Shown: piece by piece, positions 1 through 13,721 of the stretch
Numbering within the stretch: position 1 is the stretch's first letter
Layout: every line of letters starts with the position of its first letter
Source of the DNA: Camelus ferus
Taxonomy: Eukaryota
Length of the DNA stretch: 64,000 nucleotides
Assembly (NCBI RefSeq): GCF_009834535.1
Contig: NC_045698.1
Coordinates: forward strand, 4,280,001 to 4,344,000
Direction: 5' to 3'
Notes under the pieces: generated by a model
What the model saw: only the letters and a program-made list of their open reading frames with translations
Database searches by the model: none
Told to the model about the DNA's origin: nothing
Translations under genes and position numbers: made by a program

Positions 1-832
1 CGAGAAGGTCCTAGAAACCATGGTCTTGAGGGGTGAAGGGGGGCGGGGATGCACACTTTGGCTTTACTACTGGGAACCACACCAGGTTTTCCCAGTGAAG
101 ACCTGAGAAAGATCCCCTTGTGGCAGGAAGAAGGGAAGGTTAATCAGAAAACTTCACCCAGATCTTCTCCATAGCAAAGGCCCGCTCTCCAGGGAAAACA
201 CACCTCCGGACCTTACCCCAAGTGGGTTAGGGGCTTTCATCCCACTCCAGCTGCCTCTAGCCCTCCTGTTTCATCTAAGGGAAAAATTAGTCACCAGGAA
301 CCAGGCTTCAAGAAAATAGAATGAGGCAAGGGAAGAGGGAACAGGAGGGGAAAACCTGCACTAACAGAGAAAAGCTGGTGAGGGTCAGCCCCCAGGTACA
401 GGCCCCCTGCGTCACTGAGGCTTAACCAGAAGATTACAGCGCACTCTCCCTTCCCTACACCTTTCCGCCAACACCAGCAGGACCCCAGTATAACAGTGGG
501 TAAGAGCCAACATTTCTGCAAGGTGCAGACTGTCTAAGAAGAGTCCTAAGGGAACCTCAAAGACAACAGGAGAGACAAAGACACAGAAACTAGAGGAGTT
601 TTAAGCCCCTAACACCTACAGCTACAGTTAACATCTAAAAAAAAAAAAAAAAAAACCCAAGTCCTCACCAGTTTAACATAAATCCTCACAATAAAGACTT
701 CCTTATCTCCATTCATATTATATGCCCTTCAGAAAATTACAAGACATGCAATAGACAGGAAATTTAAAATAACTATAATTAGTACGTCAAGGACTCTAGT
801 GGGAAGAATTAGCAACGTGCGAGAACAGATGA

Positions 833-1205
833 TTCCATGCACTGAACGTTTGTGTCCCCCAGATTCATATGCCGAAGTCTTACCCCAGTGTGATGGTGTT
901 AGACAGTGGCGCCTTAGGAAAGTGATTAGGTGATCACAGTGGATCTGCACGACGGGATTAGTGCCCTTACAAAGAAGCACTAAAAATCTCCCTTGCTCCT
1001 TCTGCCATGTGAGGTTATAGCAAAAACAAAAAACAAAAAACAAAAAAACAGCCATCTAAGAAACAAACTCTCACCAGATACGAAATCTGCTGCTGCCTCT
1101 ATCTTGGACTTCCAGCCTCCAGAACTGTAAGAAACAAATGTCTGCTGTGTATGAGCCACCCAGTCTACAGTATCTTGTTACAGCAGCCCAAAAAAGAAGA
1201 TGACA
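833..1205 (+). mobile_element. MLT1A/MLT1A0-like ERVL-MaLR solo LTR nested in the L1
   Basis: Typical blocks gtttgtgtcccc...gggattagtgcccttac...ttggacttccagcctccagaactgtaagaaacaaat. Degenerate 5-bp TSD gatga/aatgg. L1 sequence resumes seamlessly afterwards. Confidence 0.85.
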
Positions 1206-2303
1206 AATGGTTAACATACGCAGAGAGATGGAAATTCTAAGAAAGAACTGCAAATAAATGCCAGAAATAAGAAGCCCTGTGACAAGTAAAAACTGCTTTT
1301 AATGGACTCGCCAGTGGACTAAACAAGGTCATGGGAACAATCAGTGAGCTTAAAGACACAGTAATAGAAATTTCTCAAACTGAAGGAGAAGAGCTTAAAA
1401 ACTAGACAAACAACAACAGAAAAGGACATCCAAAAGCTATGGAACAATTTCAAAAGTTGGAACCGCAGAGGGAGAAGAAAGAGAGAACCGAGTAGATGAA
1501 ATATGTGAAGTAATGACAGCTGGACTCCTCCAAAATCAATGACAACACCGAGCCATGCATCAAGGAGGCTCGGAGAACACCAAGCAGGATTAGTACCAAA
1601 TACACACACTCAGCTCCAGATACAATTCATCCAAACTGCAGAAAACCAACGACAAAGAGACAATCTTAAAGCCAGGGAGGAAAACTCTAATCCACTGAAA
1701 AATGAAGATATGAGCTAGTGTTTCTCATCAGAAATAAGAAGAAAGTGTTGTAAAATATTTCAAACATTGGAAGAAAAAAAAACCATATAGAATACTATAT
1801 CCAGGGACGTTGTCCTTCAAAATGAAGAACGAATAAAGACTTTCTGAGACAAATAAACTGAGGGAATTTGTTGTCAGGAGATCAGGCCTGCAAGAAAAGT
1901 GAAAATACATTGTTTCACTAAAAAGAAGGAAAATGATAGAGATCAGAAACCTGGGTCTACATTTTTTGAAAAGAAAATGCATTCTAGAAGGAGCAAATGA
2001 AAATAACGGTTTTTTTTTTATTGTTATTATGTTTAATTGATCTGAAAGGTAATTATTTGTTTAAAGGAATAATAGTAACAACGTATTGGGCGTTTACAGC
2101 ACATACAAGAGAGCAACGGAAGGAGGAACTGGGAAAACTCTGCTATAAAGCACTTGCCCTACTGCCTGACAGGATAAAGTGCTGTTGGAAGACTGGCTTA
2201 GATTTATTTGGAATGTGGACTGTAAATGCTAAGGCAGCCACTAAAATTGTTTTAAAGAGGTAAAATTGTAATTCTCAGAGAGGAGATAAAATGGGGTTAT
2301 ACA

Positions 2304-2645
2304 CAGAAACACGTCAGAGACATTGTGGGTTCGGTTCCAAAACACTGTACTAAAGTGAACATTGCAGTAAGCAAGCCACACACATGTTTTGGTTTTCCAG
2401 TGCACAGAAAAGTTATATTTATACTATACGTGGTCTATTAAGTGTGCAAGACCATTATGTCTATAAAACAGTGTATATACAGTAATTAAAAAATAATGCT
2501 GTTGGAAAAAGGCACCAATAGACTTGCTTGATGTGGGGTTGCCACAAACCTACAATTTGTAAAAACAAAACAAAACAAAACAAAAAAAAACCGCAGTATC
2601 TGTGAACTGCAATAAAGTAAAATACAATAAAACAAGGCATGCCTA
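2304..2645 (-). mobile_element. Tigger1-derived internally deleted DNA transposon (TcMar-Tigger) nested in the L1
   Basis: Both Tigger1 termini are present (cagaaacacgtcagagacattgtgggttcggttcc... and ...caataaaacaaggcatgccta) and joined by a large internal deletion. Flanks are ca/ta, a decayed TA TSD. Confidence 0.85.
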
Positions 2646-4757
2646 TAAAATGCTGAATTAAAACTAGAGATGGCAGAAAAAGAGGAGAATAAAAGAAAAA
2701 AGAACAGTTGAAATGAATAGAAAATGGTCAAAAACAATAGCTATTAATCTAACTGTATCAACTTTAAAATGTATTGTCTAAGAAACTCCTTAAAAGACAG
2801 AGATTGTCAGATGGGATTTTAAAAATACCCAACTATATGTTATCTGCCAAAAAATCCACATTAAATATAAAGATTCAGACAAGTTAAAATTGAGGAGATG
2901 GAGACAGTCGTATCATGACAACACTAATGAAAAGACTGGAGTAGCCATAAATATTTCAGACAGTCGATTTCAGAACAAAGACCGTTACAGTGATAAACAA
3001 GAACGTAAAGTTATGTTAAAGGACTTGATTCTCCAGGAAGACATAATGATAAACACCAACATGCCACGCGACAGGGAGTCAAAACATGTGAGAAAAAATT
3101 GATAGGAATGATAAAAGAAATCGACAACTCCACTATTATAGTTGGAGACTTCAACACCCCTGTCAGTAATTGATAGATCAAATGGGCAGAAAATCATTAA
3201 CAATAGAGGTAATATGAACAGCGCCATCAATCAACTTGATCCAACTGACATTTTTTATAATACTTCATTCAACGGTAATAGTATACACATCTTCTTAAGC
3301 TTACGTGGATACTTCACCAAGGTAAGCCGCATTCTGGGTCATGAAAAATATCTTGACACATTCAAAAGAATAGAAATCATACACAGGATGTGCTCAGACT
3401 ATGATGAAATTAAATTAGAAATCAGTAACAAAGACAACTGGACATTTTCCAAATATTTGGAAATTAAACAACACACTTCTAGAGAACGCATAGGTCAAAA
3501 AGAAGACTCAGAAAAAATTCGAAATATTTTGTACTAAACGAAAATGAAAAGACAACTTAGCAAAATTTGTGAGATTAAGCAAAAGCATCAAAGAAATAAA
3601 ATCAAGGAATCCAAGAACTAGTTCGTTGAAGAGATCAATAAAACTGACAAATCACTAGCCAGGATAGCAAATAAAGAGAGAGAAAGAGAATATAAATCAT
3701 CAGTATAAGAAATGAAGGTCTGTTGGGCATTAAAATGCTAGAAATAAAAGAATACTTTACATAATTCTCTACTCCAAAGTTTGATAAAATTGATGAAAGG
3801 AATAAAATTTCTTGAGAGTCACAAACTACTAAACCTCACACAAGGAGAACTAGGAATCTTGAATATCCTGCTATCTATTAAAGAAATCAAATCACTGATT
3901 AACAACCTTCCAAAATACAAAGCACTGGGCCCAGAATGGCGAATTCTACCAAACATTTAAGGAAGAAATGATACTGATCCTCTATAATATCTTCTGGAAA
4001 TAAAACCAGAGGAAACATTTCATAACTTATCTATGAGGTCAACAGTACCTCAATATCCAAAGCAGGTAAAAGCACAAAAAGGAATGAAAACTACAGAGCA
4101 ATATCTCTTATGAATAGAAATGGGAAAAAAACTTCAACAAAATATTAGCAAATCAAACCTATCAATGCAGAAAAAGAACTATGCACCACAATGAAGTTGG
4201 ATTTATTTCAGGCATGCAAGGCTGGTTCAACATTCAAAAATAAATCAAGACAATCCTGCATATCAACCAGCTAAAGAAAAAATCATTTGATCTTACCAAT
4301 TGAGAGAAAATGCATTTGGCAAAATCCAATGTCTATTTATGATAAAACTCTCAGCAAACTAGGAAGAGAGAACAACGTCCTCAATTTGATAAAGGACATC
4401 TGTTAAAAATCTAAATCTGTTCTCAAACTTAAGCATGAGAGACTGGACACTTTCCCCATAAGATCAGGAACAAGGTAATGATGTCTTCTCTCGCCACTTC
4501 TATTTATCATTGTGCTGGAAATTTTAGCTGGTGCAATAAAGAAAGGAAAGAAATGAATGTATACAGATTGGAAAGAAATAAGTAAAACTGTCTTATTCAC
4601 AGGTATGATTGTCTATGTTGAAAAGCTCAACAAAAACGCTTCTCAAACTAATATGAAAGTAGATCAAGGTCTCGAGGTACATCCTTAAAATACAAAAGTT
4701 CATTGCTTTCCTAAAGACCAGCAATAAATAACTGGAATTTGAAATTTTAAAAGCTAC

Positions 4758-5228
4758 TATGATGGTTAATTTTATGTGTCAACTTGGCTGGGCCAGAGTG
4801 CCCAGATATTTGGTCAAACATTATTCTGGATGTTTCTGTGAAGATATTTTTTGGATGAGGTTAACATTTAAATCAGGGCACTTTGATAACACAGATTGCC
4901 TCTACAAAGTGGATGGGCCTGATTCACTCAGCTGATGCTTTTAACAGAACAAAGTTTGAGCATCCCTGAGCAAGAAGAAATTCTGGCTGCAGACCACATT
5001 TGCACTCACACAGCAAATCTTCCCTGGGTCTCTAGCCTGCTAGCCTATCCTGCTAGCCTATCCTGCAGATTTTGAATTTACCAAGCCTCCACAATCATGT
5101 GAGCCTAGTTCCTTAAAATAAACCTAGATGATAGATGGAAGGAAGGAAGGAAGGAAAGAAGGGAGGGAGGAAGGAAGGAAGGAAGAAACCTGTTGGTTGT
5201 GTTCCTCTAGAGAACACTGACAAATATA
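4758..5228 (+). mobile_element. MLT2-family (ERVL) solo LTR nested in L1 ORF2, containing a (GGAA)n microsatellite at about 5137-5185
   Basis: Starts tatgatggttaattttatgtgtcaacttggctgggcc and ends ctctagagaacactgacaaatata. Degenerate 5-bp TSD gctac/aatac. Confidence 0.88.
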
Positions 5229-8200
5229 AATACCATTTACAATAGAACCAAAGATAAAATAATTAGGTATAAATCTAACAAAATTATATACAGAGTCTAC
5301 AAGCCAAAGACTATAAATTATTGATGAAAGAAATCAGGGAAAATCTAGATAAATGGAGAGATACTCCATGTTTATAGATAGGAGGACCCAAAGTTTTTAA
5401 GATGTCAATCCTTCCCAATTTGATACACAGATTCAAGACAATTCCAATCAAAATCCCACTAGGCCATGTTGTATCTGTCAACAAAGTAATTTTAAAGTTG
5501 ACATCAAAAGACAAAAAAACTAGAACAGAGAATACAATGTTGAAGAAGAACAAAATTGGAGGGCTCACACTACTCAATTTAAGATTTACTATAACACTAT
5601 GGCACTCAAGACAGCAGAGTATTGGCAAAAGAATAAAAAAAATAGGTCAATGGAACGGAATAGGGATCCCATAAATAGGGACATACAAATGCAGTCATCT
5701 GATCTTTCACAAAGGAGCAAGGGAAATTCAATATTTAAAAAAGATAGTTTTTCAAAAAATGATGCTGTAACAACTGGATGTCAATATGGGAGAATAAACC
5801 TAGACACAGGTCCTAAACTTTTCACAAAAAATAACTCAAAATAGTGCATAGATCTAAATGTAAAATGCAAAACCATAAAACTAGTAGAAGAAATAATAGG
5901 GAAAAAACTATGGGTACTCAGGTTCAGTAATGAGGTTTTAGTTACAACAAGGAAAGTATGACCCATGAAAGAAAAAAGTCAAATTCATAATTTGAACTTT
6001 ATTAAAATGTAAAACATCTGCTGTGTAAAAGACACTGGTATGAGAATAAAAATACAAACCACAGACTGGGAGGAAATATTTTCAAGGCACGTATCTGATA
6101 AAGGGCTTGCACTCAAAATATACAAAGAAACTCAAAACTCAAAAATAAGAAAACAGCTCAACTTTTTAAATGGGAAAAATATGCAGACAGCTTACCAAGG
6201 AAGAGTCACAGATGGCAAATAAGTACAACAAAAATGCTCCACATCATTTTTCATTAGGAAAATGCAAGTTAAAACAATGAGATGCCATTACCTACTTAAT
6301 AGAATGACTACATTGGCTAGAATTGGCTAGCATCCAAAAAACGGACAGGATTAAATGCTGGCAGAGGTATCGAGCAACAGGAACTTTCCCTCATTATTAG
6401 TGAGAATGCAAAATGGGACAGCTGTTTTGGAAGACAGTTTCACAGTTTCCTGTAAAGCAAAACTAGTCTTACCGTATGATCCAGCAACCATATTCCTAGG
6501 TATTCACCCAGAAAATCTGAAGACTTTTTTTCACACGAAAACCTGCATGCAAATATTTATAGCAGCCTTATGCATAATCATCCAGAACTGGAAGCAACTA
6601 AGATATCCTTCAACAGGTGAGTGGATAAACAAACTGCAGTACCTCCATGCAATGCAATACTATTCTGAAATAAAAATAAATGCTCAACGAAGTCACGCAA
6701 AGACATGGACAAAATTTAAATGCATATTCTAAGTGAATGATACTAATCTGGAAAGGACATATACTGTATGACCCCAATTACATGATATCCTGGAAAAAGG
6801 AAAAATTATATAGAGACAGTAAACGAATTAATGGTTGCCAAGAGTTCAAACTGGGGGGAGGGGTTATTAACCTGAAGCACAGGTTACTTTACGGATGGAA
6901 AAGCTACTCTGTATGATATCCTTCTGTAATGGTAGATATATGACACTATACATTTGTCAAAATCATAGTATTTTGCCATACGAGAGAAAATTAAGATACT
7001 CAAAAAAAAAAAAAGTAATCACTTAGGAGGTTATGGGATCCCAGCATAGAAATCAGACTGTGACAAAAAATCTCTTTTACAAGTGGATGAAACAACCAGA
7101 TTTAAGAGGCTAGGGGACCAAGTGCTGACCTAAGTAACTGGAACGAGTGGAGCCTGGAAGACTAAAGTCAACAGAAACTGTACGTAAGCATTGTACCCTC
7201 GCTGATAAAGCTTTTCCCACAGGGGTACAAGTTAACAGTTTTGCAACCTCTATATTTGTGGACATGTGGATGGTGGGAGCCTGGTTTCTGACTGTTGGAG
7301 GGGGAGGTTGGGGACAAGCAAAGAGGAAGTTGTTAAGATAATCCAGGTGGTAACGGGTCAGAGTTGGAAACATGAACTCATGTTTAGCTTAAGATAGACG
7401 GTTTCATAGAGAAATATTTATAGATACGTGTTTATACACAAGTTGGTATACCCATATATATTTCCTTGCTCTGTCAGATTGGAGCACCCAGGGGAACACC
7501 AGGATAGGAACCACCAGGTCTAGTGCCCACATCCTGGTTTCCCACACTGTTCTTCAATAAAGGACCCAAGGCTCCTTGGAGAAACGTTTGGTCCTAGGAC
7601 TGGGGCAAGAAATATACAAGATAAGCCTTGAGCATCTTCCAGTGCCAAGAAGCAAGGAAGTGCTAAATAACAATAAAATAAGTAATTAAATGTAATCTAA
7701 AACTATGAAGGGGTATATCAAAAGGTCATAGGAGGCAAACTAAAGAGTTTCCAGTGGTCAAAGCAGGACCAGTTTGAGCAACAGAGTGAGTAAAGCAGTA
7801 TTGGATTATACCCAAAGTATAAAATCAATAGATGCAAGTCCACATCCATGTAAATAAGTAATTGAATAAACAAAGTTATGTAGAGGAATAGACAAGTTTC
7901 CCCTGCAGAAGAATTCCAAATAATTCAGGTCAATAATCTGTCCTCAGAGAGGTGGAGTGTAACTCTCCAGGCTTCGGTACGGGCTGTACGCAGTGACTTC
8001 CTCCCAAGGAGTACAGTATGAAAAAGGAGGGGTAACTTTATAGAAAGACGCTGACAAGTACGACCTCACCCAGGTGTTCAAGGTTAATGTCAACAGTGAC
8101 CATTCATGTTGGTCGTGTGCACACTTGATATGATGTTATGAGAATGGCATTTTACATCTGTGGTCTTTCTCCCCAAAACTTATAACCCCAATCTAACCAT

Positions 8201-8494
8201 GAGAAAAGCATCAGACAAATCCCAATTGAAGGTCATTCCCCCAGTTACCTGACCAGCATTCCTCAAAACTTCAAACCATGGAAAGTCTGAAAAAAAAAAA
8301 AATCACTGCCTAGCAGGACTTAAGGAGATAGAATGACTAAATGTGTCCTGGATGGGACCCTGGAAAAGAAAAAGATATTAGGTAAAAACTCAGAAAATCT
8401 GAACCAAGTATTTAATTAATATCATATCAATATTGGTTTATAAACTATGACAAATATGCCATACTAACATAAATGTTAACAATAGGGGAAAGCC

Positions 8495-10437
8495 ATAAAT
8501 GTTACTTGTTCAAGAGAATATTTGTCCTTGGTAGAGTCTATGGAAATTAGTAATATGTACTTTTTCAAACATTTATGTATGATTTTTCTTTGTAATATTC
8601 ACTAAAATATGAATTTTATTTGAATATTTCACATGTGATAATGTTCCTGTACTTTTTTTTTGTCTATATTCCAGGTTCAGCCATTCTAACATCTCACTTT
8701 GCAAGCATTTCTACAAAACTAGGAAATTTCTATTTTTCCTATAAACATCGTACTAGTGACATCACACACAAACCAATGCATCATCATGCTTGCTAAGTAT
8801 CAGGCAGATAATATTTTAAGACCGTTACATCAGTGTTCTTCAATGTTCACGTATCTTTCTTGAACATTCTTTACTGTTTGCTGTTTATTCAGACTTCCCC
8901 TCACGGTAGCAGTTACACATGTGATTTTCATGTGCAGGGGGTGCTTTATGTTCTTGTAATTAGGAACTTGGGTCTTTCCAGCCACAAATACTGTCTTAGT
9001 CAAAGCTATGTTACAAAATATGGAAAAATCATTGCAAAATACTTTGCCTTTAAACTTAAAATATAAAAGTTGGTTTTTATACTTTCTTTTTCCACTTGAA
9101 ATAATTGTGATGTAAAATACTAAATTTTCTGTCAGGCTTACGAAACGGAAGTCAGAATCACCGATTTGGATCAGATCGCATTTGTTAGAGACGTTCACAC
9201 ACAATCAAAATGATGTGATTGGTTTCATCTTTTGCCCAATTTACCAATTTCATGAATATCCTTTCCTTCATCTCCTAACAGCAGGCTGGAGCTGCGTCTG
9301 CTGCTTCCAGTTGTAGTTTGGATAAGAAATGCTCTTTTCCACTCTCATTGTTAGATCAAAAATTCAATCTTCCTTTAATAATGACTATAAAGAGATTTTA
9401 TCTGACCTGTTGAAGTTTCATATTTGATGATAATTATTTTCTTCCTCATTTTCATTTTGTTCAGTAATTAAATCTGGCTAATTATAGAATGTATAATGTC
9501 ATGTTTGCAAATTTCAAGTGAGTCTCACTCCACAGAAGTCTGCTCAATTTCATTGTTTCCAGATTACTTTCTAATTTAAGCAGAGCTCCCTTTTTGAAGA
9601 TTTTCCTATTTCCTTTTCAGCTTTCTATTTCTGAGCCCTATTTCCATATTTTTTTATTTCTACAAAAGAAGTTAACTTACATTTATCCTCCATGATCTAA
9701 AGTAATCCTTTAGTTTATAATACATATTTCAGATTAAAATATACAATTAAATGTTATTTGAACTCTGTAAATTTGAATAGATTTTCACCAAAAATATAAA
9801 TACATGAAATAAATATCTGCAAATGTACAAATCAAAATAATATTATAAATTTACAATTTTTAAATACATGTATGTTCTCCAAAAGTTATATTTCTTTTAA
9901 AATATTTAAACTGATCTTTGCAATTAAAAGTCAAACACAAATTATAATTAATAAACTCAAAATTTTTAAAGCAAATTTATATAAATAAAGCTGTAATTAC
10001 ATAAATTTTTAAAACTATAATTCACTCTTATTAAATAGTTTGTAGAAAAAGCTACACACAGTTCTCATGTTGAAATCCTTCCAGATGCCCGTGTGAAGAC
10101 CTACCACCATGCTTCACATCATGGACTGGTCTATCTAGACCTACCCCTATACCTCCATCCCTCACAGCTCCCACACAGCAAAGTTGGGGACGACTCACAT
10201 CCCCTTTCAACACTCAGAGCCGTCTCCTTTGTTTTGAGACCATGGGGCAGATGTTGACATGTTGATACTGCGGCCTAAGTGGTGTCAGCCAAGAGGTAAG
10301 TGGTCCAGGGTTGGGGCCGTGCTGCACCCATATGGAGTGACAGGTGCTGTATCCCTAAACACATGTGCATTTGTCTGTGTTTGTTCTATGCAGAGCCGGG
10401 AGCAGAGCTCTCCTCCCCGGGGTCAAGGGCAGCACTG
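8495..10437 (-). mobile_element. hAT-Tip100 DNA transposon relic (Zaphod/MER115-like) with decayed transposase N-terminus
   Basis: The minus-strand terminus cagtgctgcccttgaccccggggaggagagctctgctcc resembles the Zaphod/MER115 end. The AT-rich interior has ORF 8830-9204 with QLLYFKFKGKVFCNDFSIF, resembling the WLxYSxxxxxVFCxxCxLF TTF-type zinc finger of hAT transposases. Confidence 0.6.
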
Positions 10438-10529
10438 CCTCCTGGACTCCTCTCAGAGCCACAGGTACAGGTGACGAGGGACCATGAGCAGTGACGCTCA
10501 GGGAGGGATCTTCCTAAGAGCCAAAGCTA

Positions 10530-11340
10530 TATTCACAGCCCACATGCTCGTTAATAGCAGAGTAATCAAATAATACATTTTGAATTCGTAACAACTGATA
10601 CTGAATAGCCATGAAAATGAAAGAACTGGACAACCTGCGACAATGCAAGTGAACGCCACACACACAGGACGAACAAAAGAAGACAGATGTAAAAGGAAAC
10701 ATACTGATTGGGTTTAGGGACTGTGCCCACCAGGTATAATCATAAAGAGAAGCCAGGAATGGTCATTACGAAAGTCAGCGTGTTGGTGGTCTTTTGTGGG
10801 GATAGTGCTAGGGAGGGGACACGGGGCCTTTGGGGGAGCTGGAAGTGTTCTTGCTATAGTCTGCATGTTTGTGTCCCCTGAAAACTCAAACGCTGGAAAC
10901 CTAATGACCAAAGTGATGCCATTAGGAGATGGGGTCATTGGGGGGTGATTAAGTCCTGGGGGTGGAGGCCCCTGAATGGGATTAATGTCCTTATAAAAGA
11001 GGCCCCAGAGAGCACCTTCACCCCTTCCTCTACGTGAGGACACAGCAAGAAGTCTGAATTCAGAAAAGGGCCCTCACCCCACCATGCAGGTACCGTGATC
11101 ATGGACTTCCAGCCTCCAGAACTGTGAGAAACAAGTGTCTGCTGTTTATAAGCCGCCCATCTGCGGTGCTTTGTGACAAGGGCCTAAGCGGCTTAAGACA
11201 GTTTTCTCTCTGAACTCGGTGGGGGTTATGTGATGTTTCCCTGGTACGTTTCACAGCATCACTTATTAAACACACGTTCATGCTTGTGCACTTGTCTGTA
11301 TGTACATACTGTACTTTGAGAGAAACTATTTTTTAAGCAA
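10530..11340 (+). mobile_element. Old L1ME-type 3' UTR fragment split by an MLT1A LTR
   Basis: L1ME-like 3' UTR motifs lie on both sides of the LTR (atgaaaatgaaagaact..., ...gtgcacttgtctgtatgtacatactgtacttt). Confidence 0.6.
10852..11200 (+). mobile_element. MLT1A-like solo LTR
   Basis: Runs from tgctatagtctgcatgtttgtgtcccc to gcttaagaca, with TG..CA ends. TSD gttct/gtttt. Confidence 0.9.
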
Positions 11341-13295
11341 ATGGAGATTTTAAAAAAGGAGAGAGAGCAACTCCAGACAACTTATTTAATCCTTCTTTCA
11401 GCAAATATTTACCCACACTGTGTGCCGGCTGCTCACAAAATGTTCAGAAGAAAATTTAATATTTGAGGTCCCATTCTGTCCTTTAAAAGGATGCCTGTTG
11501 AAGTTCCCTCCCTTCCTCTCAGCTTGTGGCCAGAAATACAGCAAAGGATACCACATGTGAGTTCACCGCTTGTAACCTGGGCCCTGGCCTTCCTGAGAGC
11601 AGGTCAGAATCAGGGCTCTTTCCTAATGATGACCCTGAACAGAAAATGCAGGCATGGGTCACAGTCATTCACCAACATCCTTTATTAAGTAACCTGCAAA
11701 CGCCCCTTCCCTCAGCTTTCCAAGGGGCCAGGGGAGCTGGGGAGTGTACCTAGGGCCCCCTCCGGATCTGGCCTTGGTGCTGAACCTTCCGGAGGAAGGA
11801 GCCTGTGGATCTTTCAAATTTCCCTTGTTCTTAAAAATCTATCAGCTTTGAGGGGCGGAGGGAGGATTCTATCATCTGAATTTTGAGTTTACTATTTTAG
11901 CAGGTGATCATGGTGAAGAAGTTGACGACACAATGTAAGAAATTCTTTCTCAGTGTTTTCAGTAGGACAAAGCACCTCTCACCAAACACCCCTTAAATCA
12001 CTGTGGTGTGCAGTTCTTTTTCTAATGGATGGCGCTTCGTGGTAGTCCCAAATGGACCCCAATAACGAGGCTCAAATGAGTAGTTAGCTCATAATCCCCA
12101 CAAGCCTACTGTATTGGGGAGCATGTGAAAGACCGCTGGTAGACTGCGTGCAGCTGAACTCCATAGCCCAGCCTCCCAGTGGAGGTGGTCAGTCTGGCCT
12201 CTGCCTGAGAAGCAGATGACATGAATTCAAATCCTCTAACACACCATGGGCTGGTATTTCCCGTTCGCTCCTGATAAGCGGTCTCAGTCCTAAACAACCA
12301 CCTTTCAACTCCAGCCGTGAAGCATCATGAGCAGTACGTCCACTCAGGAAATTCCAAATAAGTGGTGAAGTTCAACATAAATAAACGACACTTGAAGCTT
12401 AGCAGACTATCTGTTATTATTAATTTTTTCTTGTAATCCTTAATATCTTTCTTGATTTCTCAATCTCTTTTTATAGCATTTGGAGAACACTTTCAAAGCC
12501 CCTTTGTAGCTAATTTAATACCTATGAATTCCCCGTGGATATTATAGAAAGATCATGCAGCTTAGGGGATTAAGTACTTTACATTTTATTATAAAGGTAG
12601 AAGCTCAGAATACATAAAGGCCTATTATCTGAAGAGTACTTTCCCTGTATATAACATAAGTTATTTTAGAAGAGAAAATTATTACGTTAAAAAGCAGTGT
12701 CACCATCAATAAAATAATGTGCTTAAACACAATTCAAAGATTTAAAAGTCAAGAAAATTAAGAAGAAAGTTATAATTTCAGTATGTTATGACCCTGTATT
12801 TATATAAAACTCCTTTAATGGAATTATTTTTCACACCATCTTGGACTTCTTTCATTGCTGTTCACTAACATTATCTCAATTAGAAGTACTATTCTTGCTC
12901 TTTTGTGTTAGTTAAAGCCACTCCTCAAGAGAACTCGAAGTAAGTAAGTCTCACTAAAATTGATCTCTGCAATCCCCACCGAGGCAAAGTGAAGTGGGCA
13001 TTGTGCCTCTTTGTGCAAGGAAATGCACATCCACGAGGGGAACCCTAGGTGAAGACTGTGGCATTGTCAAGGTGAAGGTGTCAAGGTCGTTGGTCAACGG
13101 GGTCCTGGGCACTTAACAGTTCCTTAACAGACTTATATGTCTGCAGCTCGCTGGCGAGCAGGCTGTAAACCCCGATGACGTTCAGATCAGTTGTCAGTGA
13201 GATTGCTTTCCTGGGTAGGGTCTCTCTGCGTCTCGCATAGCACCTCTGAGAGCCGTGCCCTGGACCAGCCCTGCTCACTGGTGTCCAGGGTGAGG

Positions 13296-13460
13296 CTGGG
13301 AGGAGGGAAAGGTGAGGAGGGAGAGAGGGGGAGGGGGAGGAGGGGGAGGGATGGAGGAGGAGGGAAGGGGTGGGGGAGGCAGGGAGAGGGATAGAGGGGG
13401 AGGGGAGGAGGAGAGGGTGGGGGAGGAAGGGGGAGGAGGGGGAGGCAGGAGAGAGAAGAA
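13296..13460 (+). repeat. Polypurine G/A-rich low-complexity tract (GGA/GGGGA units)
   Basis: About 165 bp of almost pure G/A with many G3-G6 runs. Confidence 0.95.
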
Positions 13461-13721
13461 GCTGTTTCACTTTGCCCATTTCCAGCACAGTTTCAAAAGC
13501 CCAAACCTAGAAAATCACTTGCTTTAGGCATCAGGTCTTATCTTAGTGGAAACGGAGAAATTGTCCACATCAGTGCCTTTTGTTTCTTCAGTCAAATCAT
13601 AATTTACTTCAAGTGACAAAAGAGATTCAATTTTTAAGAACTAGGAACATTTAGGCCTTTCAAAGAGGAGTGTGTCCCTTTTGATATTGTACATTATCCC
13701 CTCCCAAAATGTCTTTTTTGT

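Larger units (their letters stand above)
1..8492 (+). mobile_element. Long decayed LINE-1 (L1MC3/L1MC4-like): 5' region, ORF1 relic, ORF2 relic and long 3' UTR, interrupted by three younger insertions
   Basis: ORF2 relics: endonuclease C-terminal segment 3142-3537 (TPLSVIDRS...ILGH...KRIEII...SDYDEIKLEI), decayed FADDM region near 4595, 5402-5674 (ILPNLIHRFKTIPIKIP) and 6355-6732 (LPYDPATIFLGIHP...FIAAL...WKQ). The 3' UTR at 7900-8490 (gaagaattccaaataatt...aaggttaatgtcaacagtga...catcagacaaatcccaattga) resembles L1MC3/4. There are many stops, frameshifts and internal deletions, and no poly(A) tail. Confidence 0.9.

Noticed and set aside
2750..6732. Functional L1 ORF2 or reverse transcriptase gene
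   Set aside because: It is fragmented by stops, frameshifts, deletions and an LTR insertion, and the catalytic FADD and SDH motifs are decayed.
13081..13527. Pro/Ser-rich and Gly/Glu-rich ORFs
   Set aside because: These are translations of the polypurine tract.
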